This document shows positions 30,674 through 39,452 of a DNA stretch of 56,560 bases, one piece after another. Position numbers and translations under genes: made by a program. The stretch spans positions 1 through 56,560 of the forward strand of contig JBHLRZ010000022.1 in the NCBI GenBank assembly GCA_048882045.1. The letters are read 5' to 3'. The DNA comes from Candidatus Thorarchaeota archaeon (GTDB taxonomy: Archaea > Asgardarchaeota > Thorarchaeia > Thorarchaeales > Thorarchaeaceae). Numbering within the stretch: position 1 is the first letter of the stretch; each line of letters begins with the position of its first letter. The notes under the pieces were generated by a model that ran no database searches, was not told the origin of the DNA, and worked only from the letters and a program-made list of their open reading frames with translations.

Positions 30674-32173
30674 TCATGTGACAATCACATCTGGGAATTT
30701 CGCTATCATGATATCGTTTAGATACCTCATGCTGGGATTCTTTGCAACATCTTGGACTTCCTTCAGTATCCTTCGAACATCGTCATACCTTCCCTGTCTG
30801 TATCGAAGCTTGGCTTTGAGAATCATTGATTGCGCTGTAATACCAGGATAGTCGTTCTTATGTACGTGTTTCTCAAGTTTCATCATCCAAGGTCCGGACA
30901 AATCTTGATTTTCCTGTAGTGCTGTATCTGTGAGCATATCAATTTCCATTTCGGTAAGATTCAGAAGGCATATGTTTTGTATTACTGGAGTGGGATCTTC
31001 AGCATAGTATTCAAGCACTTTTTGGAAGTTTGTTAAACCGTTTTCGAAGCGCTTCTCTGCTTTATCAAGTAATCCCTCTACTATGTAATACCAGCTCATT
31101 TGTCCGCTATCACCAGACTTCAATGCAAGTGTATGACAGATATCTATCACTTCCCTTGCTTCTTCATACCTTTCAAGATTGATTAGAGCCCAGGCCTGTT
31201 GCGCTCTAGCATATGGAAGCATACGATTTGGCGCTCCTTCTGGAGGGATCGATTTTTCTGAAAAGTCCAGTGCACTCTCTCCATTTCCACTCAGATTGTA
31301 GTACATTGCAATGAATGAGCTTTCAAGGTGGTATGAACTACCAAGTGAGTCTAGATGTTTCTTATACTCGCGTTGATATTCGACCGCGGCATCGAACTCA
31401 CCCCTCATTCCCTTGATATGCCCCATATGATGTTGCACTAAGCCGATCTCTCCTATATATCCCAGCTCTTCACCTAGTTCTCTTGCAGTATTTAGCATGT
31501 CTACAGCCTGCTTGAGATCAGTTTGCTTGGTTGAGCCAGCTAGAATATCCAGAATACGCGCTACATTGACTTTATCATCGAACTTCCTAGCGATTATCAA
31601 TGCTTGTCTTAGTAGAGTTATCACTTCTTTTCTTTTCCCTTCCATCTGAACATTTTTCGCTTCAATCCAGAGGAGATATGATTTGAAATATCGCAACTCA
31701 TCGGTTTCATTCACAGCAGCCCAAATTGTGTCAAGTGGCCAGATCTCCACATCAGTTTCGGAAAAGAGATACTGGGTTTCCATTTTCCATGTGAGGTACA
31801 GATGAGTGGATATCCAGTCATTGGGTGACATATCGAGTGCTTTCACAAGAGCGGCTCTCACCTCATCCCAAATTATGTTTGCACCTCTCTCCACCTTGAG
31901 CTGCAACAAAAGTGGCCTGGCCAGATCAGACACTTTTCCAGCCGCTTCCAGTCTATCGATTGGATTGTAATTTTGAATCCAAAATGCAAACGAGAATGCT
32001 AAGTATTCCAGTAATGGAGATGAAGGTCCAGAGATAATCCTGTCACAGAGTTTCTCTGTGAAGTCAGCATAATTCTCCGCCTCGTTCATTACCAGCTCAA
32101 GTGTATCCCTTGTCTTCTCATCCACATATGGAAAATGCACTGTTATTGTGCCAAGTGGGTCCATTCCCACCAC
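30674..32173 (-). CDS. TPR-like alpha-solenoid protein, paralogue 2
   Basis: PLGTITVHFPYVDE; shares RAQQAWALINL and QNICLLNL. Confidence 0.8.
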   Translation of the reverse strand: MVGMDPLGTITVHFPYVDEKTRDTLELVMNEAENYADFTEKLCDRIISGPSSPLLEYLAFSFAFWIQNYNPIDRLEAAGKVSDLARPLLLQLKVERGANIIWDEVRAALVKALDMSPNDWISTHLYLTWKMETQYLFSETDVEIWPLDTIWAAVNETDELRYFKSYLLWIEAKNVQMEGKRKEVITLLRQALIIARKFDDKVNVARILDILAGSTKQTDLKQAVDMLNTARELGEELGYIGEIGLVQHHMGHIKGMRGEFDAAVEYQREYKKHLDSLGSSYHLESSFIAMYYNLSGNGESALDFSEKSIPPEGAPNRMLPYARAQQAWALINLERYEEAREVIDICHTLALKSGDSGQMSWYYIVEGLLDKAEKRFENGLTNFQKVLEYYAEDPTPVIQNICLLNLTEMEIDMLTDTALQENQDLSGPWMMKLEKHVHKNDYPGITAQSMILKAKLRYRQGRYDDVRRILKEVQDVAKNPSMRYLNDIMIAKFPDVIVT

Positions 32174-32219
32174 TTCCCTTGTGAGAGTTGGAATTCACAC
32201 GCGTCAACTCTCTACTCTG

Positions 32220-32237
32220 AGTTAACATATGTTAACT
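32220..32237. promoter_or_regulatory. perfect 18-bp palindrome upstream of TPR paralogue 2
   Basis: agttaacatatgttaact; related ttaactaatgttaac at 30563-30577. Confidence 0.5.
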
Positions 32238-32321
32238 ATCTACTTCAATGTTTTGGAAGGCCTTGCCATCAACTCAGAAGAACTTGTAGAAAATCTAAAT
32301 CCACCTCTCAGAAACTCAAAA

Positions 32322-33821
32322 TCATGCGACAATCACATCAGGGAATTTTGAGATTATCATGTCGTTGAGATACCTCATGCTTGGAGTTTTTGCGGCATCC
32401 TGTATTTCTTTCAGTATCCTCTTGACGTCGTCGTGTTTTCCTTGTCTGTATCGAAGCTTGGCCTTGAGAATCTTTGATTGTGCTGTAATACCAGGAAAGT
32501 CATGCTCTTGCACATACTCTTCAAGTTTCTTCATCCAAGGTCCAGACGAATCATGATTCTCATATAATGATGTATCTGTAAGCGTGTCAACCTCCATTTC
32601 TACAAGATTCAGAAGGCATATGTTTTGAAACAATGGAACGGGATTGTTCTCCATATAATCAAGCACTTTTTGGAAGTTCATTTGAGCGTTTTCAAAGCGT
32701 TTCTCTGCCTTATCGAGTAACCCTTCGACCATGTAATACCAGTTCAAGTTACTCACATCTCCAGACTTCAATGCATGGGTATGACAGATATCTATCACCT
32801 TCTTTGCTTCATCATACCTTCCAAGATTGATCAAAGCCCAAGCCTGTTGTGCTCGGGTATATGCAAGTTGACGATGTGGTGCATTTTCTGGAGAGATTGA
32901 CCTCTTTACGCTGTCCAGTGCTCTATCTCCATCTCCACTCATGTTATAGTAGAATGCAATGAGAGAGTCTACGCCGTTTGTCGGATGACCAAGTGAAACT
33001 TGATATTTCCTGAATTCGCGGTGATAATCGATTGAGGCATCAAACTCACCCCTCATTCCCATGATTTGTCCCATACTCTGCTGAATCTGCCCGATCTGGA
33101 CGAAATACCCAAGTTCTTCGCTTAGTTCTCTTGTGGTCAATAATATATCAATGGCTTGTTTGATATCACTCTGCCTAATCAAATTGGCTAGAATACCAAG
33201 GGTACAGGCGGCATAAACCCTATCATCGTATTTTCTTGCTATTGCCAGTACTTGTCTAAAATTAGCTATTGCTGCTTTTCTGTCGTTCTCTCTCAGTAGA
33301 GCCATAGCTTCGATCCAGAGAAGATGTGTTTCAAAAAAGCGCAACTCACTGTTATCTTTTACAGCAGCTGCGATTGTATCAAGCGGCCAAATCTCAACAT
33401 CTGCCTCAGAAAAGAAATACTGAGTAGACATTCTCCATGTAAGGTATAGATGACTTGATATCCAGTCATTGGGTGACATATCAAGGGCAGTCTTAAGAGA
33501 GGCTCTCACCTCATCCCAACTGATGTTTGTGCCTCTATTCACTTTGACATGCAGAAAAAGAGGTTTGGCCAGGTCAGACACCTTCCCTGCTGCTTCAAGT
33601 CTATCAATCAGATTGAAATTTTCTACCCAGTATGCGAATGAGATTGCCAAATACTCCAGTAATGGAGATGATTGTTCAGCGATTATCTTATCACAGAGTT
33701 TCTCTGTGAAGTCGCCATAATTCTCTGCCTCCTTCATCACCAATTCAAGCGTATTCCTTGACTTCTCATCCACATAAGGAAAACACATCGTTATTGTGCC
33801 TAGCGGCTCCATATCTACCAC
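32322..33821 (-). CDS. TPR-like alpha-solenoid protein, paralogue 3
   Basis: PLGTITMCFPYVDE; same motifs. Confidence 0.8.
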   Translation of the reverse strand: MVDMEPLGTITMCFPYVDEKSRNTLELVMKEAENYGDFTEKLCDKIIAEQSSPLLEYLAISFAYWVENFNLIDRLEAAGKVSDLAKPLFLHVKVNRGTNISWDEVRASLKTALDMSPNDWISSHLYLTWRMSTQYFFSEADVEIWPLDTIAAAVKDNSELRFFETHLLWIEAMALLRENDRKAAIANFRQVLAIARKYDDRVYAACTLGILANLIRQSDIKQAIDILLTTRELSEELGYFVQIGQIQQSMGQIMGMRGEFDASIDYHREFRKYQVSLGHPTNGVDSLIAFYYNMSGDGDRALDSVKRSISPENAPHRQLAYTRAQQAWALINLGRYDEAKKVIDICHTHALKSGDVSNLNWYYMVEGLLDKAEKRFENAQMNFQKVLDYMENNPVPLFQNICLLNLVEMEVDTLTDTSLYENHDSSGPWMKKLEEYVQEHDFPGITAQSKILKAKLRYRQGKHDDVKRILKEIQDAAKTPSMRYLNDMIISKFPDVIVA

Positions 33822-33870
33822 TTCTTATACGAGAGTTCGAATTCACATACGTTAACTCTCTCACTATTAA

Positions 33871-33907
33871 GAAATTATTAGTTTCATTATTATGAAATTA
33901 TTAGTTT
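33871..33907. repeat. short AT-rich direct repeat in divergent promoter region
   Basis: gaaattattagttt twice. Confidence 0.5.
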
Positions 33908-34021
33908 ATTAGTTCATTGTTTTTTCTTGCTCTTCAATCATGAAACTTGGTGATGCGCTGGAATATCTCAATACATATGAGAGTCGACTTCATATCTGAG
34001 AAAGTCAATATCTTAACTACA

Positions 34022-34888
34022 ATGTCCAAGATTAGACCACTACGGCCCTCTGACAGAGAGGATATTCTTGAAATAGCCCGACACATCTGGGAAGGACATG
34101 ACTATATTCCGTATCTCTTTGATACCTGGCTAAATGATAAACACTCATACACAGCAGCAATTGAGCAAGAAGGTCATGTGGTGGCTCTTGCGAATCTCAG
34201 AGTGATAGAGAATGGAAAAACAGGTTGGATGGAGGGCCTTCGAGTCCATCCTGATCATCGCGGCAGAGGTTTTGCAAGACTTCTGACACAACATGTTATT
34301 CAGATGGCAAAGGGAATTCCAGTTGAAAGGGTCCGTTATACTACTGCAGCAGACAATGAATCATCTCTCCATCTGGGAGAATCAGTAGGGATGAGAAGGA
34401 AGTTTGACCTTGCTGTCCATTGGCAAGACATTGAGGATGAAACCTCTTTGACTACATCACGGAACCCTGTCAGAAAGATGTCTGTGGGGGAGATATATCC
34501 ACACATTCTGAATGCTGAGCTATTCCCTCACAATGTAATAATCTACGATTGGAAAGCTCTAGATGTTACTCGTGAGAGTCTTGAAAGCATTGGAAAGTAT
34601 GCGAGATTTTGGACTCAAACTAGGGAAGACGAGATTGTGTCATTCTCTCTTGGGCTCACTCGTGAGGACCAATCGGGCACTCATTGGAGTTTCTCAATCT
34701 ATGCAAAAGATGGCTCAACATTTCTTGACCAATTAGCACACCAAGTGAAGATGGCATTCGACGCAGGGTGCAAAAGCATCTTTGTTACATATCAGACCGA
34801 TTTTGTTGAAACATTCTACTCTCTTGATTGGGTTCAACCAGTTGAGGGTGAGGCGATGGCGCTCACCTTACTTGAGAGAACTTTCTAA
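34022..34888 (+). CDS. GNAT family N-acetyltransferase
   Basis: IWEGHDY, WMEGLRVHPDHRGRGFA. Confidence 0.85.
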   Translation: MSKIRPLRPSDREDILEIARHIWEGHDYIPYLFDTWLNDKHSYTAAIEQEGHVVALANLRVIENGKTGWMEGLRVHPDHRGRGFARLLTQHVIQMAKGIPVERVRYTTAADNESSLHLGESVGMRRKFDLAVHWQDIEDETSLTTSRNPVRKMSVGEIYPHILNAELFPHNVIIYDWKALDVTRESLESIGKYARFWTQTREDEIVSFSLGLTREDQSGTHWSFSIYAKDGSTFLDQLAHQVKMAFDAGCKSIFVTYQTDFVETFYSLDWVQPVEGEAMALTLLERTF

Positions 34889-34939
34889 CACTGTTTTGGG
34901 ACGATGAAAGATAATCGATATTTAGAAAATAAGAGATTG

Positions 34940-34961
34940 GAAGAAGTAGTGCTGTTGATAG
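34940..34961 (-). repeat. tRNA-Asn 3'-end repeat R5 (degenerate)
   Basis: gaagaagtagtgctgttgatag versus gaagaagtggcgccgctggtag; five transitions. Confidence 0.7.
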
Positions 34962-34962
34962 C

Positions 34963-35613
34963 CTATGAAACTACTCCTGAAAATTCATCTTCAATATGCT
35001 TCAATCTCTTCACATATTCATCACCTTTCCAACTCTCCTTATTGGATGCTGATGATGCTAGCTTTCGCAAAGCGTGAAGAAACGTCAAATTTTCTTTAGC
35101 TGCCATTACATCAATATGATGTCTTTTGGACATAGCATCCCGGCGGAATTTGTAGAATCTCCCTCCTAAAAGGAGAAAGACAGAAACAGATGCAAGCGAA
35201 ATTCCCAATGGAAATGATATCACTTGATCCGAAGGAGAGATTATTTCCATTATAGAGAAAAATATAGCACTTGGTAATAGGCATATCACACCTATGGCGA
35301 AAGGAAGGGCTCCCTTAGAATCATCGATTTTCTCTCTGTTCATCTGCACCTCGATGTAGGAAACGAGTTCCGAATCGCTCAGAGTGTCCATTTCCCAGAC
35401 CTCAAGATAAACCAAGTCCTCTCCTTGTGGATTCTGAATGACATATGGATCGAGCTGCCAGTCTTCTCCAAAATGTTGGCGCTTCACTGTATACTCCGCA
35501 TATTTTGGATTTGCTTCAAGCATTTTTTCAAAGTCGTTGCATCTCTTGTCGATATAGTAAGCAAGTTCGGTCAAATCCGAAACATCCACCTCGACTCTCA
35601 ATCTCTTCTGCAC
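34963..35613 (-). CDS. cassette membrane protein (paralogue of 37493-38116)
   Basis: KRQHFGEDWQLDPY, two TM helices. Confidence 0.75.
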   Translation of the reverse strand: MQKRLRVEVDVSDLTELAYYIDKRCNDFEKMLEANPKYAEYTVKRQHFGEDWQLDPYVIQNPQGEDLVYLEVWEMDTLSDSELVSYIEVQMNREKIDDSKGALPFAIGVICLLPSAIFFSIMEIISPSDQVISFPLGISLASVSVFLLLGGRFYKFRRDAMSKRHHIDVMAAKENLTFLHALRKLASSASNKESWKGDEYVKRLKHIEDEFSGVVS

Positions 35614-35673
35614 CTACTCACACCTTGGTATTGCACTTGAAACCAAATTAGGATTCCTAACAGCTTTATACCT

Positions 35674-35698
35674 AAAAAGAAGTGGCGCCGCTGGTAGG
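35674..35698 (-). repeat. tRNA-Asn 3'-end repeat R4
   Basis: aaaaagaagtggcgccgctggtagg. Confidence 0.9.
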
Positions 35699-35750
35699 AA
35701 ATGTTGATGTGTATTCACAGCACGTCAAATCAAAAGGGGAGTCCCAATAC

Positions 35751-35981
35751 ATGGATGAAATTATGAGATGTCCATCTTGTGGAGATGAAATGGAGCCCGG
35801 ATATCTTGTATCTGATTATCCGATTTATTGGTGTGACCACATTCCAAAATTCATTTGTGTTTGTGGCGAACGTTTCTCCACATTTTCGAGAATGTGATCA
35901 GGAGTATCTGGCTACCGGTTCAAGAAATGCAAACTAATTCGGTATGAGGAAGTCAAACAGACGCCCAACAGACACAAATGA
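35751..35981 (+). pseudogene. zinc-ribbon (DUF6487-like) pseudogene
   Basis: CPSCGDEMEPGYL N-terminus; in-frame TGA at 35895 then SGYRFKKCKLI, where YRCxxC is expected. Confidence 0.55.
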
Positions 35982-36000
35982 TAGGTTACCCCTGGCGAGA

Positions 36001-36022
36001 AAAAAGTGGCGCCGCCGGTAGG
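36001..36022 (-). repeat. tRNA-Asn 3'-end repeat R3
   Basis: aaaaagtggcgccgccggtagg. Confidence 0.9.
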
Positions 36023-36026
36023 AAAA

Positions 36027-36722
36027 TCAGAGATGTTTGCAAATATAGGCTTGAGAATCATCTTCAATTGTAAATCTGCCTTTTCTTTGAAAGAACCTCT
36101 TTAACACCTCTTCATGGTGATTATTCATCTCTGTCGCATACTCATCCTTCAATTCTCTTTGAAAACATCGCAAGATCTTATCAAAATCAGAGAAATCCAG
36201 TTGTCCTTTGACTTCTTTCTTGCTGAAAGTAAAATGGGTTGAGAGAATCTTCTCAAATCTGTTGTAAAAGGAAACTGATTTGACATGTTCCTCAACTAGC
36301 AAATCTACTATCCTTTCATACTCACTATTTGGAGAGCTACAAATCAGAAGAGCTATTCCATCGTCTTCTAGATGTTGAGATATGTTCTTGACTACATTGG
36401 GTAAGTTTCTCAGGTACATATAGCCCACTCCAATTGAAAGAATCAAATCGAACTTCCTCCCCAAATCAAAGTCTTCCAAATCTTCAACAAGAAAAGTAAC
36501 ATTTTCATGTACATTTCTTTGTTGGGCATTTCGGATCGCGTTCACATCAATATCTATTGAAGTCAATTCCTGCACTCTATCTGCAAGCGCAAACGTTATC
36601 CTTCCAGTTCCACATCCTACTTCTAGTATGGATTTGTCTTTGACATCAACCAACTCAGTAATGTCCCTGATGTCTTTCTCAGTTTGTGAATTCATCCCAA
36701 TTTTGATTATGGACACGTCCAT
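36027..36722 (-). CDS. class I SAM-dependent methyltransferase (cassette)
   Basis: ILEVGCGTGR, FDLILS. Confidence 0.85.
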   Translation of the reverse strand: MDVSIIKIGMNSQTEKDIRDITELVDVKDKSILEVGCGTGRITFALADRVQELTSIDIDVNAIRNAQQRNVHENVTFLVEDLEDFDLGRKFDLILSIGVGYMYLRNLPNVVKNISQHLEDDGIALLICSSPNSEYERIVDLLVEEHVKSVSFYNRFEKILSTHFTFSKKEVKGQLDFSDFDKILRCFQRELKDEYATEMNNHHEEVLKRFFQRKGRFTIEDDSQAYICKHL

Positions 36723-36742
36723 TATAACTAATATGAGGTTAC

Positions 36743-36765
36743 AAAAGAAGTGGCGCCGCTGGTAG
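36743..36765 (-). repeat. tRNA-Asn 3'-end repeat R2
   Basis: aaaagaagtggcgccgctggtag. Confidence 0.9.
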
Positions 36766-36836
36766 ATTAGCTGACTTGTTCCTTGAAACAGATGTTCTTA
36801 AATCTCTAATTTCGAAATCAAAAATAGGGAGATGAT

Positions 36837-37388
36837 TTGAAGCGTATAGGTATTCTACTTCTCATTTTCATATTGCAAATCACCATTGTTCCTATAGCTG
36901 CACAAGATATCATTGATGGGAATCAAATTAACATCAATCTAACATTGTCCGATCCTATCGAACATCATGCGTTTTGTTTTGCTGACACTCTTGAAATAGG
37001 GACAACTATCGATTGGACATTTGAAACATCTTCCTCTGAGGTCAGTGTTGACTTCTTCATCATGGATGAAGGCAATTGGACCATTATGGACACAAGTGAT
37101 GAGATGGTTTACCCAATCTTCGGAATATATGAAGCAACTCAAAAATATGACAGTTTAGAAATACCATATAGTTCAACGTGGTACTTTGTATTTAGAAATC
37201 CAATTGGACAAGAGAGTTCAGTCCAAATCACAGGCACTATCGTTAAGACTAACCCTACAAGTATTTCCTCAACAACCCCAACAACTTCTGAAAATTGGAT
37301 TGATTTCAGTATTATTCTTGTTTCCGGCTCCATTATGGCTTTACTTATCGTGGGTTATATAGCATACAAAAAGGTAGGCCAACAATAA
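36837..37388 (+). CDS. secreted single-pass protein with GOLD/emp24-like beta-sandwich (cassette)
   Basis: signal peptide, VDFFIMDE, PYSSTWYFVFRN, S/T linker, C-terminal TM. Confidence 0.7.
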   Translation: MKRIGILLLIFILQITIVPIAAQDIIDGNQININLTLSDPIEHHAFCFADTLEIGTTIDWTFETSSSEVSVDFFIMDEGNWTIMDTSDEMVYPIFGIYEATQKYDSLEIPYSSTWYFVFRNPIGQESSVQITGTIVKTNPTSISSTTPTTSENWIDFSIILVSGSIMALLIVGYIAYKKVGQQ

Positions 37389-37471
37389 CAACGATAATTG
37401 AGAATTTGACAGAGAATCCATTCTCAGAAGTTTCTGTGAATTCCTCAACATAACATAAACGGGCTTGGCTA

Positions 37472-37492
37472 GAAGAAGTGGCGCCGCCGGTA
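37472..37492 (-). repeat. tRNA-Asn 3'-end repeat R1
   Basis: gaagaagtggcgccgccggta; the last 19 nt are identical to the tRNA end and trailer. Confidence 0.9.
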
Positions 37493-38116
37493 TTATGAAA
37501 TAACTCTCCCAAGTGAATCCTCAATATATCGTAGTCTCTTCATGTAATCCTCGCTTTTTTCTACATTGGGAATTGAAACAAGTTTTTGTAACGCAGAGAT
37601 AAATATAGGATTCTCTCGAGCCTCAATCAGATCAATGTGACGCCTTGTCGCTATCATCCTCTTTCGTTTCCTGTAGTAGATAGTACCAAGAATGAAAGTG
37701 ATAAGATCTAAGGCAAGCATAGGACCTACTGCTCTAATGAGATCCAAACTTGAAAAATAGATCATTACCCCCATTGAGTTGATTATTGCCACTGGTATTA
37801 ATGCCAATAAAGCTATGGGGTGCCAAACGGTGCTCTCTGAACTCTCTATGTACTTCATCTCAGCATCAACAAAAGAAAGAAACTCGGAATCACTCAAGGC
37901 ATCAACAATCTCAGGTTCTATAAAGATCAAGTTGGCCTCGTCTTCGTCTTGAACAAAATATGGGTCGAGCTTCCAATCTTCTCCCCAGTGTTGCCTCTTC
38001 AGTCTGTATTCACTAAACTCAGGATTTTCCCTCATCGCACTCTCAAGCTCTTTACACTTCCTATCAGTGAAGTACTCGTCATAGGCCAAACCAGAGAATT
38101 CCTCCTCCTCATTCAT
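37493..38116 (-). CDS. cassette membrane protein (paralogue of 34963-35613)
   Basis: KRQHWGEDWKLDPY, two TM helices. Confidence 0.75.
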   Translation of the reverse strand: MNEEEEFSGLAYDEYFTDRKCKELESAMRENPEFSEYRLKRQHWGEDWKLDPYFVQDEDEANLIFIEPEIVDALSDSEFLSFVDAEMKYIESSESTVWHPIALLALIPVAIINSMGVMIYFSSLDLIRAVGPMLALDLITFILGTIYYRKRKRMIATRRHIDLIEARENPIFISALQKLVSIPNVEKSEDYMKRLRYIEDSLGRVIS

Positions 38117-38198
38117 AATCTTTCACACCTACACTACATTAGTAAGAGTGACCTGAAACCAGATGAGGGTTTCCAATGAACTGATAGATAGAAAGAAG

Positions 38199-38363
38199 TG
38201 GCGCCGCCGGTAGGGTTTTCGGCTCTTGTGGAATTCACAAGAACCCTCGAACCTACGACCATTCGCCGCACACCACGAAGTGTGATGCGCTACAACTGTC
38301 TGGCTCTCAATCGTGAGATTGAAAGGTAACAGGCTGTCGCTCTACCTACTGAGCCACGGCGGC
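38199..38363 (-). tRNA. tRNA-Asn(GUU) with three introns (37/38: 38298-38326; about 43/44: 38262-38291; 59/60: 38216-38245)
   Basis: Removing three hairpin inserts gives a 76-nt cloverleaf GCCGCCG...GTT...TTCGAGC CCTAC CGGCGGC G CCA; strict BHB at 59/60, relaxed at the other two. Confidence 0.88.
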
Positions 38364-38433
38364 AGGTAACGGGGTCGGGTCGAGGATTCTAATATTAACA
38401 TTGCTGTTTGTTCTAGCTTTGTATCACTGATAT

Positions 38434-39261
38434 CTAGCCAGCTCCAAGAAGGTAGGGGAAAATATTGTCGAGTGTCATCATGACGAAGAATCCAATTATA
38501 ATCCCCCAAGTGGCTAGTCGTGCGTTGCCACCAGCGTGACTTTCCGGAACCATCTCGTCGCCCACGACAAACACCATTGCACCTGCTGCGAAGGCCAGTC
38601 CATAAGGGAGGAGACCAATTGCCACTGTGATGACTGACACTCCCAGTAGTCCTCCTATAGGCTCGACAAGACCTGTGGTCAATGCGAGGAGGGCTGCATA
38701 TTTTCTGGAGTAGCCCTCTCTCACGAGAGGAGCCGCCACCGCAAGACCTTCAGGAACGTTCTGCAGACCTATGGCAATCGCAACAGAGAAACCGGTACTG
38801 ATGTTCTCCACACCAAAAGACACTCCCACAGCTAGGCCTTCGGGGAAGTTGTGAATCGTTATGGCAATCACGAGAAGCCAGACTCTCGCAAGTCTGGATG
38901 AAGGTCCTTCATGTCCTTTCTCAAAGTGCTCATGTGGAAGATACTTGTCTGCGACGTGTACGAAGATACCCCCAAGAAGAAATCCCACCCCCACAACGAA
39001 TACAACACCAGATGCTCCAATAGCCCATGCTGGAGCTGCTGCAAGCCATTCAAGAGTATTGAGATGTTCAAACGATGGGACAAGCAGGCTGAATCCAGAT
39101 GCAGCCAACATGACCCCTGCTGCGAAACCAAGCATCACATCCAGGCTTTTCCTACTGAAGTCCTTCCTGATGAAAATTGGAATGGCACCTAGTCCAGTTG
39201 CAGTTCCGGCCAAGAGACTTGCGATGATTCCCATAGAGAACGGATCTGAAAACAACTGCAT
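38434..39261 (-). CDS. ZIP (GufA-type) metal transporter
   Basis: GFAAGVML, IHNFPEGLAVG, LQNVPEG, AFAAGAM. Confidence 0.9.
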   Translation of the reverse strand: MQLFSDPFSMGIIASLLAGTATGLGAIPIFIRKDFSRKSLDVMLGFAAGVMLAASGFSLLVPSFEHLNTLEWLAAAPAWAIGASGVVFVVGVGFLLGGIFVHVADKYLPHEHFEKGHEGPSSRLARVWLLVIAITIHNFPEGLAVGVSFGVENISTGFSVAIAIGLQNVPEGLAVAAPLVREGYSRKYAALLALTTGLVEPIGGLLGVSVITVAIGLLPYGLAFAAGAMVFVVGDEMVPESHAGGNARLATWGIIIGFFVMMTLDNIFPYLLGAG

Positions 39262-39334
39262 TGGATTCTCCTCGAATTGGAGAATCAAACCATTTCCAGT
39301 ATAAGGCAATTACTGTTCAAGAATGAGGCAACTG

Positions 39335-39355
39335 TGATGGACTCGGCGCGGATTT
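39335..39355 (-). repeat. degenerate tRNA-Ile2 3'-end repeat
   Basis: tgatggactcggcgcggattt versus tggtgggcccggcgcgattt. Confidence 0.6.
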
Positions 39356-39452
39356 AATTCGAAATCCTCCTCAGCTCAAAGCAAACCGTCAAAGGGTGTA
39401 AAAAGGGAAAAAGTATTCATCTATATGATAGACAAATTTCGGGGAGATTCAA

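Noticed and set aside
35895-35897. In-frame TGA as selenocysteine
   Set aside because: Not at a Cys-equivalent motif position, no SECIS recognised, and a second lesion nearby points to a pseudogene.
34940-38215. Repeats as a CRISPR array
   Set aside because: Spacing is 324-744 bp with whole genes between, the repeat equals a tRNA end, and no cas genes are present.
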